Source: Acetofilamentum sp. (GTDB taxonomy: Bacteria; Hydrothermota; 32-111). From it: a stretch of 64,000 nt of DNA. This document shows, one piece after another, positions 18,838 through 28,364 of this stretch. The stretch lies in NCBI GenBank assembly GCA_020721805.1, contig DYMB01000003.1:35921-99920 (forward strand). The letters run 5' to 3'. The notes under the pieces were generated by a model. It was not told the DNA's origin, made no database searches, and saw nothing but the letters and a program-made list of their open reading frames with translations. The stretch's first letter is position 1; each line of letters opens with the position of its first letter. A program made the translations under genes and the position numbers.

Positions 18838-19719
18838 AACAAGAAAAGAAAAGAATATTATCTGATTGGATATAATTTTGTTCCCATTATTTCTTTCAAC
18901 AAGTATAGGTAGAGCGGTTATAGGAGGAACAGCACTCTGTAGAAGTATTATGATAGAAATATTCTCACCAATCTTTAAAATCCATAATATCAATAGGGTT
19001 AACAAAGGGAATATAAAATTTTTTACTATCACAAAAATAGTTACAGTTTTAAAGTAGATCTCTTTTGTATTTTTTAAATCGATATATATGTTACCACCAA
19101 GAATAAGTATCAAAAGTGGAATAGTCATCACTCCAAGCATCAAAAATGCCGATATTATAAATTTGGGTATATATACTGAAAAAGATGTTAACTTCATTAT
19201 GATTGCTAACAATGTTGCTATGAAAACTGGATGAAATGTTTTGGCTCTATCTATATTTTTTAAATTGCCTGTGAAAAAAAATGAAAAAGTGTTAAAGAGA
19301 AAAGCCGCATAAAATATAGTAAAAAGAAATAAATCCACTTTATATGTTTCAAATTTACCTATGGTGGAGAAAATCGCTAAAGGGAAAAAAATTCCATTTT
19401 GAAAAAGAAGTGATACGAAAAATTCCTTTCTATGCTCAACAGGTGATAGAAATTTAAAAATATAGGAAAGAATGAGTAAAAAAATAGTTGTTAAAAGCCA
19501 CCATAAAGGAAAAAGAAACCAATTTTTTTGAACCACCGGATCAAATTTTAAAACCAGATCACTAAAAATCATTGCAGGCAATGAAATTTCAAGTGAGAGT
19601 ATCGAAAGAAAGGAGAAGATCCTCTGATCGACGATTTTTTTATAAACTATTATAAATCCAACAAAACCTATAACCAGAAGCCCCAAAATGGTACTCATCG
19701 TTGAAAAGAATATCTGCAT
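18781..19719 (-). CDS. AEC (auxin-efflux-carrier) family membrane transporter
   Basis: 312 aa, polytopic membrane protein of about 10 TM segments, with size and topology typical of AEC permeases. Confidence 0.45.
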   Translation of the reverse strand: MQIFFSTMSTILGLLVIGFVGFIIVYKKIVDQRIFSFLSILSLEISLPAMIFSDLVLKFDPVVQKNWFLFPLWWLLTTIFLLILSYIFKFLSPVEHRKEFFVSLLFQNGIFFPLAIFSTIGKFETYKVDLFLFTIFYAAFLFNTFSFFFTGNLKNIDRAKTFHPVFIATLLAIIMKLTSFSVYIPKFIISAFLMLGVMTIPLLILILGGNIYIDLKNTKEIYFKTVTIFVIVKNFIFPLLTLLILWILKIGENISIIILLQSAVPPITALPILVERNNGNKIISNQIIFFSFLVSPFSIAFFIFLFYRIFQF

Positions 19720-19745
19720 AAAACAATTATAGATAACCTTATAAC

Positions 19746-19774
19746 TTTATCAAGTATAAAATATATGATATAAT
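19746..19774 (+). promoter_or_regulatory. extended -10 promoter upstream of the DUF1848 gene
   Basis: TGaTATAAT (19766-19774) with a weak -35 (TTTATC). Confidence 0.4.
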
Positions 19775-19792
19775 AAAAAAAATGGAGAATTT

Positions 19793-20689
19793 TTGAAAGA
19801 GTCTTTAGGTTTTAAAAAGATTTTTCCAGTTATAGTTTCGGCAAGCAGGGTAACTGATATTCCAGCTTTTTATACGGATTGGTTTTTGAAATCTCTTGAA
19901 AAAGGATATATTATATGGAAAAACCCTTTCAACGGTGATAAATTTTATCTCTCTTTTAATAAAACTTCCCTTATCGTTTTCTGGAGTAAAGATCCTCTAC
20001 CTTTGATTCCATATCTTAAATTTATTGAAAAAAAGAACATAGATTATTATTTTCATTTTACCCTTAACGACTACGAAAAGGAAGGTTTTGAACCTGGACT
20101 TAAAAGTTTGAAAAAAAGGATTGAAATCTTTAAAAGATTATCCGACACTGTTGGAAGAGAAAAGATTATATGGAGATTCGATCCTTTGATAATCACAAAA
20201 CAAATTTCAAGAGAAATGCTCGTTGAAAGAGTAGAAAAAATAGCCAGAAAAATATCTCCTTATACTAACAAACTTGTCTTCAGTTATATTGATTTGTATA
20301 GAAAAACCATCATAAAATTTAAAAAAAAAGGGATCATACTAAATGAAATAAGAATAGATGATAAATTATACCTTGCAAAAAAAATTTTTGATATCTCAAA
20401 AGAATACAACCTTGAGGTTGGAGTATGTGCCGAAGAGATAGATCTGAAGGATGTTGGAATAGAAAGAAACAGATGTATAGATCCTTTTTTGATGATAAAA
20501 TTATTTAAAAAGAATCAAAACCTGATGGATTTTATCGGATACGATGAAAGTAAAGGTTCTGAAAGTATAGATCTAAAAAAATTAAAAGATAAAGGGCAAA
20601 GAAAATGGTGTGGATGTATTAAGAGTAAGGATATAGGAACCTATAATACCTGTAAATACTCATGCTTATATTGTTATTCCACATTTTGA
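19793..20689 (+). CDS. DUF1848-family Cys-rich protein (TTG start)
   Basis: 298 aa. The N-terminus is SASRVTDIPAFYTDWF and the C-terminal Cys cluster is CGCIKSKDIGTYNTCKYSCLYCY. There is a TTG start 5 nt after GGAG. The upstream ATG is in another frame (MENF*). Confidence 0.55.
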   Translation: MKESLGFKKIFPVIVSASRVTDIPAFYTDWFLKSLEKGYIIWKNPFNGDKFYLSFNKTSLIVFWSKDPLPLIPYLKFIEKKNIDYYFHFTLNDYEKEGFEPGLKSLKKRIEIFKRLSDTVGREKIIWRFDPLIITKQISREMLVERVEKIARKISPYTNKLVFSYIDLYRKTIIKFKKKGIILNEIRIDDKLYLAKKIFDISKEYNLEVGVCAEEIDLKDVGIERNRCIDPFLMIKLFKKNQNLMDFIGYDESKGSESIDLKKLKDKGQRKWCGCIKSKDIGTYNTCKYSCLYCYSTF

Positions 20690-20728
20690 TTTAAAAGAGA
20701 ATTATAAATAATGATATTTAATTAAAAA

Positions 20729-20756
20729 ACAGTACTTCTTGACTTGAAAACTTAAA
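20729..20756 (+). promoter_or_regulatory. sigma70 promoter of the kor/fum operon
   Basis: TTGACT-N16-TGtTAAAAT (extended -10). Confidence 0.45.
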
Positions 20757-20789
20757 TTGTTAAAATCAATTATTAGTAAAAGAGGTTTT

Positions 20790-21014
20790 ATGAAAAAAAA
20801 ATATAAACATAAAATTTTTAAAAATCTTTGTAAAGGTTGTTCTCTTTGTGTTCATTATTGTCCTAAAAAGGTACTTGAAATTGGAGAGGATAGAAAAGTA
20901 TTTGCTGCAAGACCCGAAGATTGCATAGGATGTCATCTATGTGAATTGAGATGTCCAGATTTTGCTATTCAGGTTCATGCTTGCTCTGAAGAAGAAAAAG
21001 AGTATAAATCTTAA
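20790..21014 (+). CDS. korD: 2-oxoacid:ferredoxin oxidoreductase delta subunit (2x[4Fe-4S] ferredoxin)
   Basis: It has two CxxCxxCxxxCP motifs (CKGCSLCVHYCP, CIGCHLCELRCP). Start moved to the ATG at 20790, preceded by AGAGG. Confidence 0.75.
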   Translation: MKKKYKHKIFKNLCKGCSLCVHYCPKKVLEIGEDRKVFAARPEDCIGCHLCELRCPDFAIQVHACSEEEKEYKS

Positions 21015-21032
21015 CTTGATAGGTAATTTTCA

Positions 21033-21845
21033 TTGAAAAAGATAACAAAGAGTATCGTTGATCCCATCTGTCAACTTTATCAGGATATAAATATAAACCC
21101 ATCAAGATTTGTTTTAAAAAGGATGTTAAAAGAAAAACCACTGAACGAAACACAAAAATTGTTTATGGATAGTTTTAAAGAGAATATAAAATTATCAAAA
21201 AAGAATAAAACTCCCTTATGTCAGGATACAGGCCATATAACTGTTTTTATTGAAACCCCACAAAAATTTTCTCTCGATTTTAATTTAGAGGAAGAGTTAA
21301 ACAAAAGGATAAATGAGAAGACTGAAGATTTTGGTTTCAGATACTCTATCGTGGATTGGAAAGGAAGATATAACAATAATGTATCGGTTTATATTTTTCA
21401 AAGTAAAAGAAAAAATTTAAAAATTGTAGTTATGGCAAAAGGTGGAGGTAGTGAAAACCTTACCAGAATGTTCACTCTCAATCCCTCTTTATCTTTAGAT
21501 GAAATATCAGAAAATGTATTTAAAAGTGTCTTAGAGGCAAAAGATAGAGGTTGTCCCCCATACATACTTGGAGTTGGAATAGGCAAAAGTGCTCTGGATT
21601 CAACCTTTCTTTCCAAGAAAGCCTTGACCGGTAAATTTTCATATAACAGAAAACTTGTGGAAAAAAGGATAAGGGATTTGGTTTTGAAAAAAACTAAAAA
21701 TATTAAAATAGGTTATTTAGGTTTAAATTTTGGAGAGACCGTTTTGGATTGCAGGGTGATAGTTGAAGAAAGACACATAGCAACACTTCCATTAACGGTT
21801 TCATTCAATTGTTATCAAGAGAGAGTCGGGGTTTTATATTTATGA
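21033..21845 (+). CDS. class I (Fe-S) fumarate hydratase, alpha subunit / N-terminal domain (TTG start)
   Basis: 270 aa with the PLCQDTGH motif characteristic of class I fumarase/tartrate dehydratase alpha chains. Confidence 0.75.
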   Translation: MKKITKSIVDPICQLYQDININPSRFVLKRMLKEKPLNETQKLFMDSFKENIKLSKKNKTPLCQDTGHITVFIETPQKFSLDFNLEEELNKRINEKTEDFGFRYSIVDWKGRYNNNVSVYIFQSKRKNLKIVVMAKGGGSENLTRMFTLNPSLSLDEISENVFKSVLEAKDRGCPPYILGVGIGKSALDSTFLSKKALTGKFSYNRKLVEKRIRDLVLKKTKNIKIGYLGLNFGETVLDCRVIVEERHIATLPLTVSFNCYQERVGVLYL

Positions 21846-22372
21846 AATCTATAAATACTTTTGAATTGGATAAGATAAAAAAATTGAAAGTCGGAGAGAC
21901 GGTTCTTCTTTCAGGTGAAATTTTTTTGGCAAGGGATAGGGTTTTAAAAAAAATGGAAGATGAAAATATTTTTCCTAAATTTTTAAAGGATAAGATAATA
22001 TACCATTCAGGACCAACCCAAAAAAATATTTATGGTTTTTTTTCTGCTGGTCCTACAACCTCAAAAAGGATGGATAAATTTTTAAAATTTCTCTTTGAAA
22101 ATCAGATTCTTGGAACCATAGGGAAAGGAGAAAGGGATATTGATATCCATAAAGCATATGGTAAAATCTATTTTTTAGCATTTGGAGGGCTTGGTAGTCT
22201 ATATGGTAGCAGGATAAAATCTTTAGAGCCTGTTCTTTTTAAAAGTTTCAAGAGTGAAGCAATGTTTAAAGCACAGATTGAGGATTTTCCTCTTATAGTT
22301 GCCATAGATGTTTACAAAAAAAGAATTCAAAAAGGGGAGAAAAATGTCAATTATAGAATTGATGTCAGGTAA
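21842..22372 (+). CDS. class I fumarate hydratase, beta subunit / C-terminal domain
   Basis: About 176 aa. ATGA overlap with the alpha gene. The swivelling beta-domain pattern is present (GEIFLARDRVLKK...IYHSGP...GKGERD). Confidence 0.7.
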   Translation: MKSINTFELDKIKKLKVGETVLLSGEIFLARDRVLKKMEDENIFPKFLKDKIIYHSGPTQKNIYGFFSAGPTTSKRMDKFLKFLFENQILGTIGKGERDIDIHKAYGKIYFLAFGGLGSLYGSRIKSLEPVLFKSFKSEAMFKAQIEDFPLIVAIDVYKKRIQKGEKNVNYRIDVR

Positions 22373-23483
22373 CGATGCGGTTGTTAAAGCCGCTATAATA
22401 GCAGGATGCAGATTCTATGCGGGATATCCCATTACCCCATCATCTGAAATAGCAGAGGGTATGGCAAAAGAGTTACCAAAAGTGGGTGGTAAGTTTATAC
22501 AGATGGAGGATGAAATAGGAGGAATTGGTGCCGCCATAGGAGCATCTTTAACTGGTGTAAAATCTATGACAGCGACAAGTGGACCCGGATTTTCTTTAAA
22601 GCAGGAACATATAGGATTCGCAATAATGGGAGAAATACCTATTGTTATCGTTAACGCTATGAGAGGTGGACCATCCACTGGAATGCCAACCTATCCATCA
22701 CAGGGGGATGTTATGCAGGCAAGATGGGGAACCCATGGTGATCATCAAATTATCGCTTTTGTTCCCTCTTCGGTACAGGAAACTTTTGAATTTACCATAA
22801 AAGCGTTTAACTACTCTGAAATGTATAGAACACCAGTTATACTTCTTACTGATGAGATAATCGCTCATATGAGAGAAAAAGTTGTAATAAACGAGGTTGA
22901 AAAATATAAGATTATAGATAGGATGAAACCTTCCGAGAAACCTGAAGGGTATAAACCTTTCGATACCAAGCATGGACTCGTCCCGCCACTTGCACCATAT
23001 GGTGAGGGCTACAGATTTCATATAACCGGTCTTACCCATGATCAAACAGGTTTTCCAACGACCAATCATGAAATAGTTCAAAAATTACAACAGAGGCTGC
23101 AAGACAAGATTTTAAAGAATTTCAAAAATTTTGAATTTTATGAGGAAAGAATGGTTGAAGATGCAGATATAATAGTTGTAGCTTATGGTTCTGTTGCAAG
23201 AAGTGCGATGAGGGCTATAAAGGATGCAAGAAAGGATAATATAAAGGTTGGACTTTTCAGACCAATAACCTTGTGGCCCTTCAACTATAAAAGGATAAAA
23301 GAACTTTCAAAAAAAAGTAAGAATTTCCTTGCTGTTGAGATGAATATGGGACAAATCGTTGGTGAAGTTGAAAGAGCAGTAAAAGGGGTGAAAACAAAAG
23401 TTGAATTTCTTGGAAAAGCCAACGGTGAATTGATATCCCCAACAGAGATATTTTCTAAAATTCGGGAGGTAATGAATGTATAA
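22343..23483 (+). CDS. korA: 2-oxoacid (2-oxoglutarate/pyruvate):ferredoxin oxidoreductase alpha subunit
   Basis: About 380 aa with the typical KorA/PorA N-terminus MSIIELMSGNDAVVKAAIIAGCRFYAGYPITPSSEI. RBS GGGGAG. Confidence 0.85.
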
Positions 23484-24303
23484 CGAAAATATATTCAATT
23501 ATTTAAGAACCGAAAAACTTCCACATATATGGTGTCCAGGTTGTGCACACGGAATAATAGTTGGTTCAATGCTCAGGTCGATAGAGAAGTTAAAATTGGA
23601 TAAAAATAAAATAGCTGTTCTTTCTGGAATAGGTTGTTCTGGTAGAACACCGGGTTATCTTGATATGAATACATTACACACAACACATGGTAGATCACTT
23701 ACCTTTGCAACCGGTATAAAGATGGCGAAACCGGAACTCGTTGTGATAGATGTTATGGGAGATGGTGATGCCGTGGCGATCGGGGGCAACCATTTCATAC
23801 ATGCATGTAGAAGAAATATAGATATAACAGCTATTATTTTTAACAACAATATTTATGGGATGACTGGTGGTCAATACTCTCCAACAACTCCACAGAATTA
23901 TTTTGCTTCAACCTCGCCATATGGAAATATGGAACCATCCTTTGATATAGTAAAATTAGCCATAGGGGCTGGCGCAAGTTTTGTAGCAAGGGCGGATGCT
24001 TTTCATATAGCACTTCTTGATAATGTTATAGAAAAAGCTATATCCCATAAGGGCTTTTCAGTCGTTGAGGTTATGGGAACATGCCCAACACAGTTTGGAA
24101 GAAGAAATAAAATGAAAGAGCCATATCAGATGCTTGATTTTGTTGCGGAAAGGGCTGTTTCTATAAAAAAATGGGAAGAGATGAGCGAAGAGGAGAGAAA
24201 TGGAAAATTTCCAATAGGGATATTTTTAAATGAAAATAGAGAAGAATATGTCGAATCTTATGAAAAAAATGTTATTCTTAAAGCAAAAAGGAGCAATGTA
24301 TGA
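23476..24303 (+). CDS. korB: 2-oxoacid:ferredoxin oxidoreductase beta subunit (TPP-binding)
   Basis: 275 aa. It has CPGCAHG and the TPP motif GDGDAVAIGGNHFIHA...NNNIYGMTGGQ. Confidence 0.9.
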   Translation: MYNENIFNYLRTEKLPHIWCPGCAHGIIVGSMLRSIEKLKLDKNKIAVLSGIGCSGRTPGYLDMNTLHTTHGRSLTFATGIKMAKPELVVIDVMGDGDAVAIGGNHFIHACRRNIDITAIIFNNNIYGMTGGQYSPTTPQNYFASTSPYGNMEPSFDIVKLAIGAGASFVARADAFHIALLDNVIEKAISHKGFSVVEVMGTCPTQFGRRNKMKEPYQMLDFVAERAVSIKKWEEMSEEERNGKFPIGIFLNENREEYVESYEKNVILKAKRSNV

Positions 24304-24854
24304 GGAGAGCGGAAATAAGATTGGCGGGTAGTGGAGGGCAGGGAATAATTCTTGCTGCAAAGGTTATAGCGGAAGCGGCAGGAATTTTTTCTAACTATAA
24401 TGTTCTTCAATCACAGATATATGGTGCGGCTGCAAGAGGAGAGCTTTCAAAAGCCGATGTTATAATTGATGAAGGTGACATCTATACACTTGAAATATCT
24501 GCTGCAGACATACTCCTCTCTCTTTCACAGGAGGCATACGATAAATATTCAAAAGAGTTGAAAGAGGATGGAAAGATGATCATAGACAGTTTCTATGTGA
24601 AAAATTATGATCAACTGGATAAAAGAATTTATCCTTTCCCAATATCTGAACTTTCAAAACAACTCGCAAACTCTGAACTCTTTTCAAATATGATCTCCGT
24701 TGGAATAATTACGCAGATGACTAAATATTTTTCAGAGGAGAGTATTTTAAAATCGGTTGAAAAGAATGTCCCCAAAAATTTTGTGGAGATGAACATAAAA
24801 GCTGTTAAAATTGGTTTTGAAAAAGTAGCTGAAAAGTATCCAAACATATGTTGA
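24300..24854 (+). CDS. korG: 2-oxoacid:ferredoxin oxidoreductase gamma subunit
   Basis: 184 aa with the gamma-subunit signature RLAGSGGQGIILAAKVIAEAA. Confidence 0.85.
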   Translation: MRRAEIRLAGSGGQGIILAAKVIAEAAGIFSNYNVLQSQIYGAAARGELSKADVIIDEGDIYTLEISAADILLSLSQEAYDKYSKELKEDGKMIIDSFYVKNYDQLDKRIYPFPISELSKQLANSELFSNMISVGIITQMTKYFSEESILKSVEKNVPKNFVEMNIKAVKIGFEKVAEKYPNIC

Positions 24855-24855
24855 T

Positions 24856-25314
24856 TTAAAATACAGAATCTTCAGAAAATTCATATATTAAATTTACTTT
24901 TAACTGTAAAAGGTTTTCTCCACCAAAGGAATGAATAAATACTTTTACAAATCCATCTTTACATTTTATAATATAAATATGACCCGCTATTATCGGAGGA
25001 CTGATAGAATCGTAGAATAGAGTCGATGAAACTCTATCTATAAAATTAAATGGAATCTCTCCAAGATCTGTTATATACTGATTTTTTGAGATCCCGGTAG
25101 TTAAAAAATAAATATTACCATCCCGTTGTATTGTTTGTAAAGAAGGATTATAATCGAGAATGGTTATTATATCGTTTAAAGATGGTTCGGCATTTATAAT
25201 TTTTTTTGAAAAATCGAAACCAAGATATGTGATGGTTGCTTTTTCAAGAGAAGGACTCAACGAACAGGAATATAAAAAGAAGATAAAGAGTATTGAATGA
25301 TAAAATTTACCCAT
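24856..25314 (-). CDS. hypothetical lipoprotein
   Basis: 152 aa. It has a signal peptide with a lipobox-like LYSCS. It is convergent with korG and only 1 nt away. Confidence 0.4.
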   Translation of the reverse strand: MGKFYHSILFIFFLYSCSLSPSLEKATITYLGFDFSKKIINAEPSLNDIITILDYNPSLQTIQRDGNIYFLTTGISKNQYITDLGEIPFNFIDRVSSTLFYDSISPPIIAGHIYIIKCKDGFVKVFIHSFGGENLLQLKVNLIYEFSEDSVF

Positions 25315-25328
25315 TTATAATAGCATAA

Positions 25329-28328
25329 TTGAAAGAGAATCCTATGTCAACATCTAAATATGAATTCTTAAAACTCTTTGAAAATTTAAATGACAAAAGA
25401 ATTATTCCCGAAGTTTTTCCTTTTGTTGTGATAAATAGAATTTTAAATGTTGATAAAAGTTTTTTAATTTTATTGGATAATTATGAAGAATCAAAATATT
25501 TTTTCGATCATATCGAAAATTTTATAAATGAAAAGATTGGTTTTCTCGATAGTGGAAGTGATGACAATTTTTTTCAAAAACTTTTCACCTTAAAAAGGTT
25601 AAAAAAAAATATAGTAACCCAAAAAAAAATAGAAAAATTCTTTTATCCTGAAGAAGATTATATAAAAAAGAATGAAATATTTATAAAAAAGGGAGAAAGA
25701 ATAGATATTGAAGATCTACTTGAAAAATTGGAAAGATCAAAATATGAAAGGGTTGATAATGTTCTTGAAAATGGTGAATATGCTTTAAGAGGTTTTATTT
25801 TGGATATTTTCCCCTATTCAGATCAGCCTTACAGGATAGAATTTGAAGATGATACAGTACAATCTATAAGGATATTCAATCTTGAAAGTCAGTTAAGCAT
25901 ACAAAAAGTTGATATGATATACATTCCTCCGGCATACGATCTGAAAATTGTTGAAGAAAAAAATTTTAAAGAATTCTTTTCAGAGTTTGAAATCATAGAT
26001 TTTTCAAATGATATTTTAAATCTTGAACCTGATTTTAAGAAATTCGAACCTATACCTGAAAAATTTTTGGGATATTCAAATTTTAAAACATTTTATGAGA
26101 ACAATTATTCTGATTACAATTTAAAAATATTCTGTTCTTCAAAATATGAAAAGGATAGGATAGAAAAACTAAGCGAAGGAAAATTCGATTATTATGAGTT
26201 TAACATTTATAAAGGTTTTATCTCACATATAAGCAAAGAGATATATATAAACGATTTTGAACTTTTCAACAGATCAAGAACAATTCAAGTACCGGGATTA
26301 AAATTGAACCCCTTGCTTCTTGAAGAATTGGATCAACTTGAAAATGGTGATCCTGTTGTTCATCAAAATTATGGTATCGGAATATTTTCTGGAATAGAGA
26401 GTATTGAGTATAATGGGAAAAAAACTGATTGTATAAAGATAGTTTATGCTGATAACGATAAACTTTTTGTTCCGGTGGATCAGATCTATCTTGTTGATAA
26501 GTATGTTGGAGACAAAAAGGATAAAATAAAATTATCTTCTTTAAAATCAAACTCTTTTGCAAGGGAAAAGGAGAGAATAAAAAATTCTATAAAAAATATT
26601 GCCAGAGAACTCTTAAGACTCTATGCTGAAAGGGATCTTATAAAAGGTTTCCAGTTTAAAAAGGATGATCTTTTGCAGATTGAACTTGAAGAGAAATTTG
26701 AATTTGAGGAGACTGAAGACCAGTTAAGGGTCATTGAAGAAATAAAAAAGGATATGGAAGATTCAAAACCCATGGATAGACTTGTTGTGGGAGAAGTCGG
26801 GTATGGTAAAACAGAGGTGGCTTTAAGAGCAGCGTTCAAGGCTGTTCTTTCCGATAAACAGGTCGCAGTTCTTGCACCAACAACCGTTCTTGCGCAACAA
26901 CATTTTGAAACATTTTTTGAGAGATTAAAAGATTTTGGGGTAAGGGTTGAGGTTATAAGTAGGTTTAAGAGTGAAAAAGAGAAAAAGATCTTAAAAGAGG
27001 AATTAAAAAAAGGAAGGATAGATATAATCATAGGGACACATGCTCTACTGTCAAAAAATGTCGAATTCAAGGATCTGGGTCTATTGATAATAGATGAGGA
27101 ACATAAATTTGGGGTAAAACAGAAGGAAAGGTTAAAGGTTATCAAAAAAAACATAGATGTCTTATCTTTATCCGCCACACCTATACCGAGAACTCTTGAG
27201 ATCTCTTTGATGGGTATAAGAGATATAAGCAGTATAAATACACCTCCTTTTGGAAGAAAGAATATAAAAACTTCCATAATGGTATGGGATGAAGAAAAGA
27301 TAAGATATGGGATTCTAAAGGAAGTGGATAGGGGAGGGCAGGTATATTTTATAAACAATAGAATCGAGAATATAAAAACCGTTGAACACCATCTCTCAAA
27401 ACTTGTTCCAGAAATTAAAATAATAACACTTCATGCAAAGATGCCATCAAAATTTATTGACACGATGATGCATAGATTCAAAAGAAAAGAGTTTGACCTT
27501 TTGCTTTCAACATCTATAGTTGAATCTGGTATAGATAATCCAAATGTTAACACCATATTTATAAACAATGCTGAAAAATTTGGGCTCGCAGAATTACATC
27601 AACTCAGAGGAAGAATCGGAAGATCGGAAAGGGAAGGCTTTTGCTATCTTATAATTCCATCAAAAGAGTTTTTAAATGAGAATTCCAGAAAAAGGCTTTC
27701 AATATTTTCATCATACCCATCACTCGGAGCAGGATTATCACTTGCTTTAAAGGATATTGAGATAAGGGGAGCAGGAAAAATTCTTGGAACGGAACAACAT
27801 GGATTCATAGGAAATGTGGGATACTCATTGTATTTTAAACTTCTCAATGAAGCCATAGGGGAGATAAAAGGTAATAAAAAGACAGATCTGATAGAGCCTA
27901 CCATTATTATACCTTTTAACGCATACATATCAGAAAAATATGAACTCTCCAGAAATGCAAAGATAAAACTTTATCATCAGATAAATTCAATAGATTCTTT
28001 AGAGATGGTTGAAAAGAAAAAGAGTCAGATAAAAGATATTTATGGGGGAATATACTATGATGTGGAAAATCTTTTCAAATTAAGGGAAATGAAAATATTA
28101 TGTAAAAAAAATAAAATTTCAAAAATCGAATATGTTTCAGAAAAACTTCTGGTGGAATTTTATGCTGGTTTTACGGTGGAAAAGGATTTTAAAAGTTTAA
28201 GAAGATATATATCCCCAATAAAGGAAACTTTTGAGATATTTTATGACCCATCGTTCACAATAGTTATAAAACTTAAAAAAGGGACCGAACCGTTTGAATA
28301 TGCTTATGGATACTTGAAAAAATTATAA
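25329..28328 (+). CDS. mfd: transcription-repair coupling factor
   Basis: 999 aa. It has the helicase motifs GEVGYGKTEVALRA, DEEHKFGV, LSATPIPRTL and QLRGRIGRS, plus a TRCF C-terminal domain. It is shorter than typical Mfd. Confidence 0.9.
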   Translation: MKENPMSTSKYEFLKLFENLNDKRIIPEVFPFVVINRILNVDKSFLILLDNYEESKYFFDHIENFINEKIGFLDSGSDDNFFQKLFTLKRLKKNIVTQKKIEKFFYPEEDYIKKNEIFIKKGERIDIEDLLEKLERSKYERVDNVLENGEYALRGFILDIFPYSDQPYRIEFEDDTVQSIRIFNLESQLSIQKVDMIYIPPAYDLKIVEEKNFKEFFSEFEIIDFSNDILNLEPDFKKFEPIPEKFLGYSNFKTFYENNYSDYNLKIFCSSKYEKDRIEKLSEGKFDYYEFNIYKGFISHISKEIYINDFELFNRSRTIQVPGLKLNPLLLEELDQLENGDPVVHQNYGIGIFSGIESIEYNGKKTDCIKIVYADNDKLFVPVDQIYLVDKYVGDKKDKIKLSSLKSNSFAREKERIKNSIKNIARELLRLYAERDLIKGFQFKKDDLLQIELEEKFEFEETEDQLRVIEEIKKDMEDSKPMDRLVVGEVGYGKTEVALRAAFKAVLSDKQVAVLAPTTVLAQQHFETFFERLKDFGVRVEVISRFKSEKEKKILKEELKKGRIDIIIGTHALLSKNVEFKDLGLLIIDEEHKFGVKQKERLKVIKKNIDVLSLSATPIPRTLEISLMGIRDISSINTPPFGRKNIKTSIMVWDEEKIRYGILKEVDRGGQVYFINNRIENIKTVEHHLSKLVPEIKIITLHAKMPSKFIDTMMHRFKRKEFDLLLSTSIVESGIDNPNVNTIFINNAEKFGLAELHQLRGRIGRSEREGFCYLIIPSKEFLNENSRKRLSIFSSYPSLGAGLSLALKDIEIRGAGKILGTEQHGFIGNVGYSLYFKLLNEAIGEIKGNKKTDLIEPTIIIPFNAYISEKYELSRNAKIKLYHQINSIDSLEMVEKKKSQIKDIYGGIYYDVENLFKLREMKILCKKNKISKIEYVSEKLLVEFYAGFTVEKDFKSLRRYISPIKETFEIFYDPSFTIVIKLKKGTEPFEYAYGYLKKL

Positions 28329-28364
28329 TTTAATATATACTTAAAAAATTAAGTATAAGGAGGT

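Noticed and set aside
26621-27358. 245-aa minus-strand ORF inside mfd (and similar antisense ORFs at 2495..2800, 4080..4361, 17050..17349, 22698..23081)
   Set aside because: They lie fully antisense to confidently assigned genes. They have a Ser/Leu/Phe-rich low-complexity composition and no RBS. They are typical shadow ORFs of AT-rich DNA.
28336-28357. Inverted repeat TATACTTA-aaaaat-TAAGTATA after mfd
   Set aside because: It is an AT-only stem overlapping the SD (AAGGAGG) of the next gene. It is too weak to call a terminator and could arise by chance in this composition.
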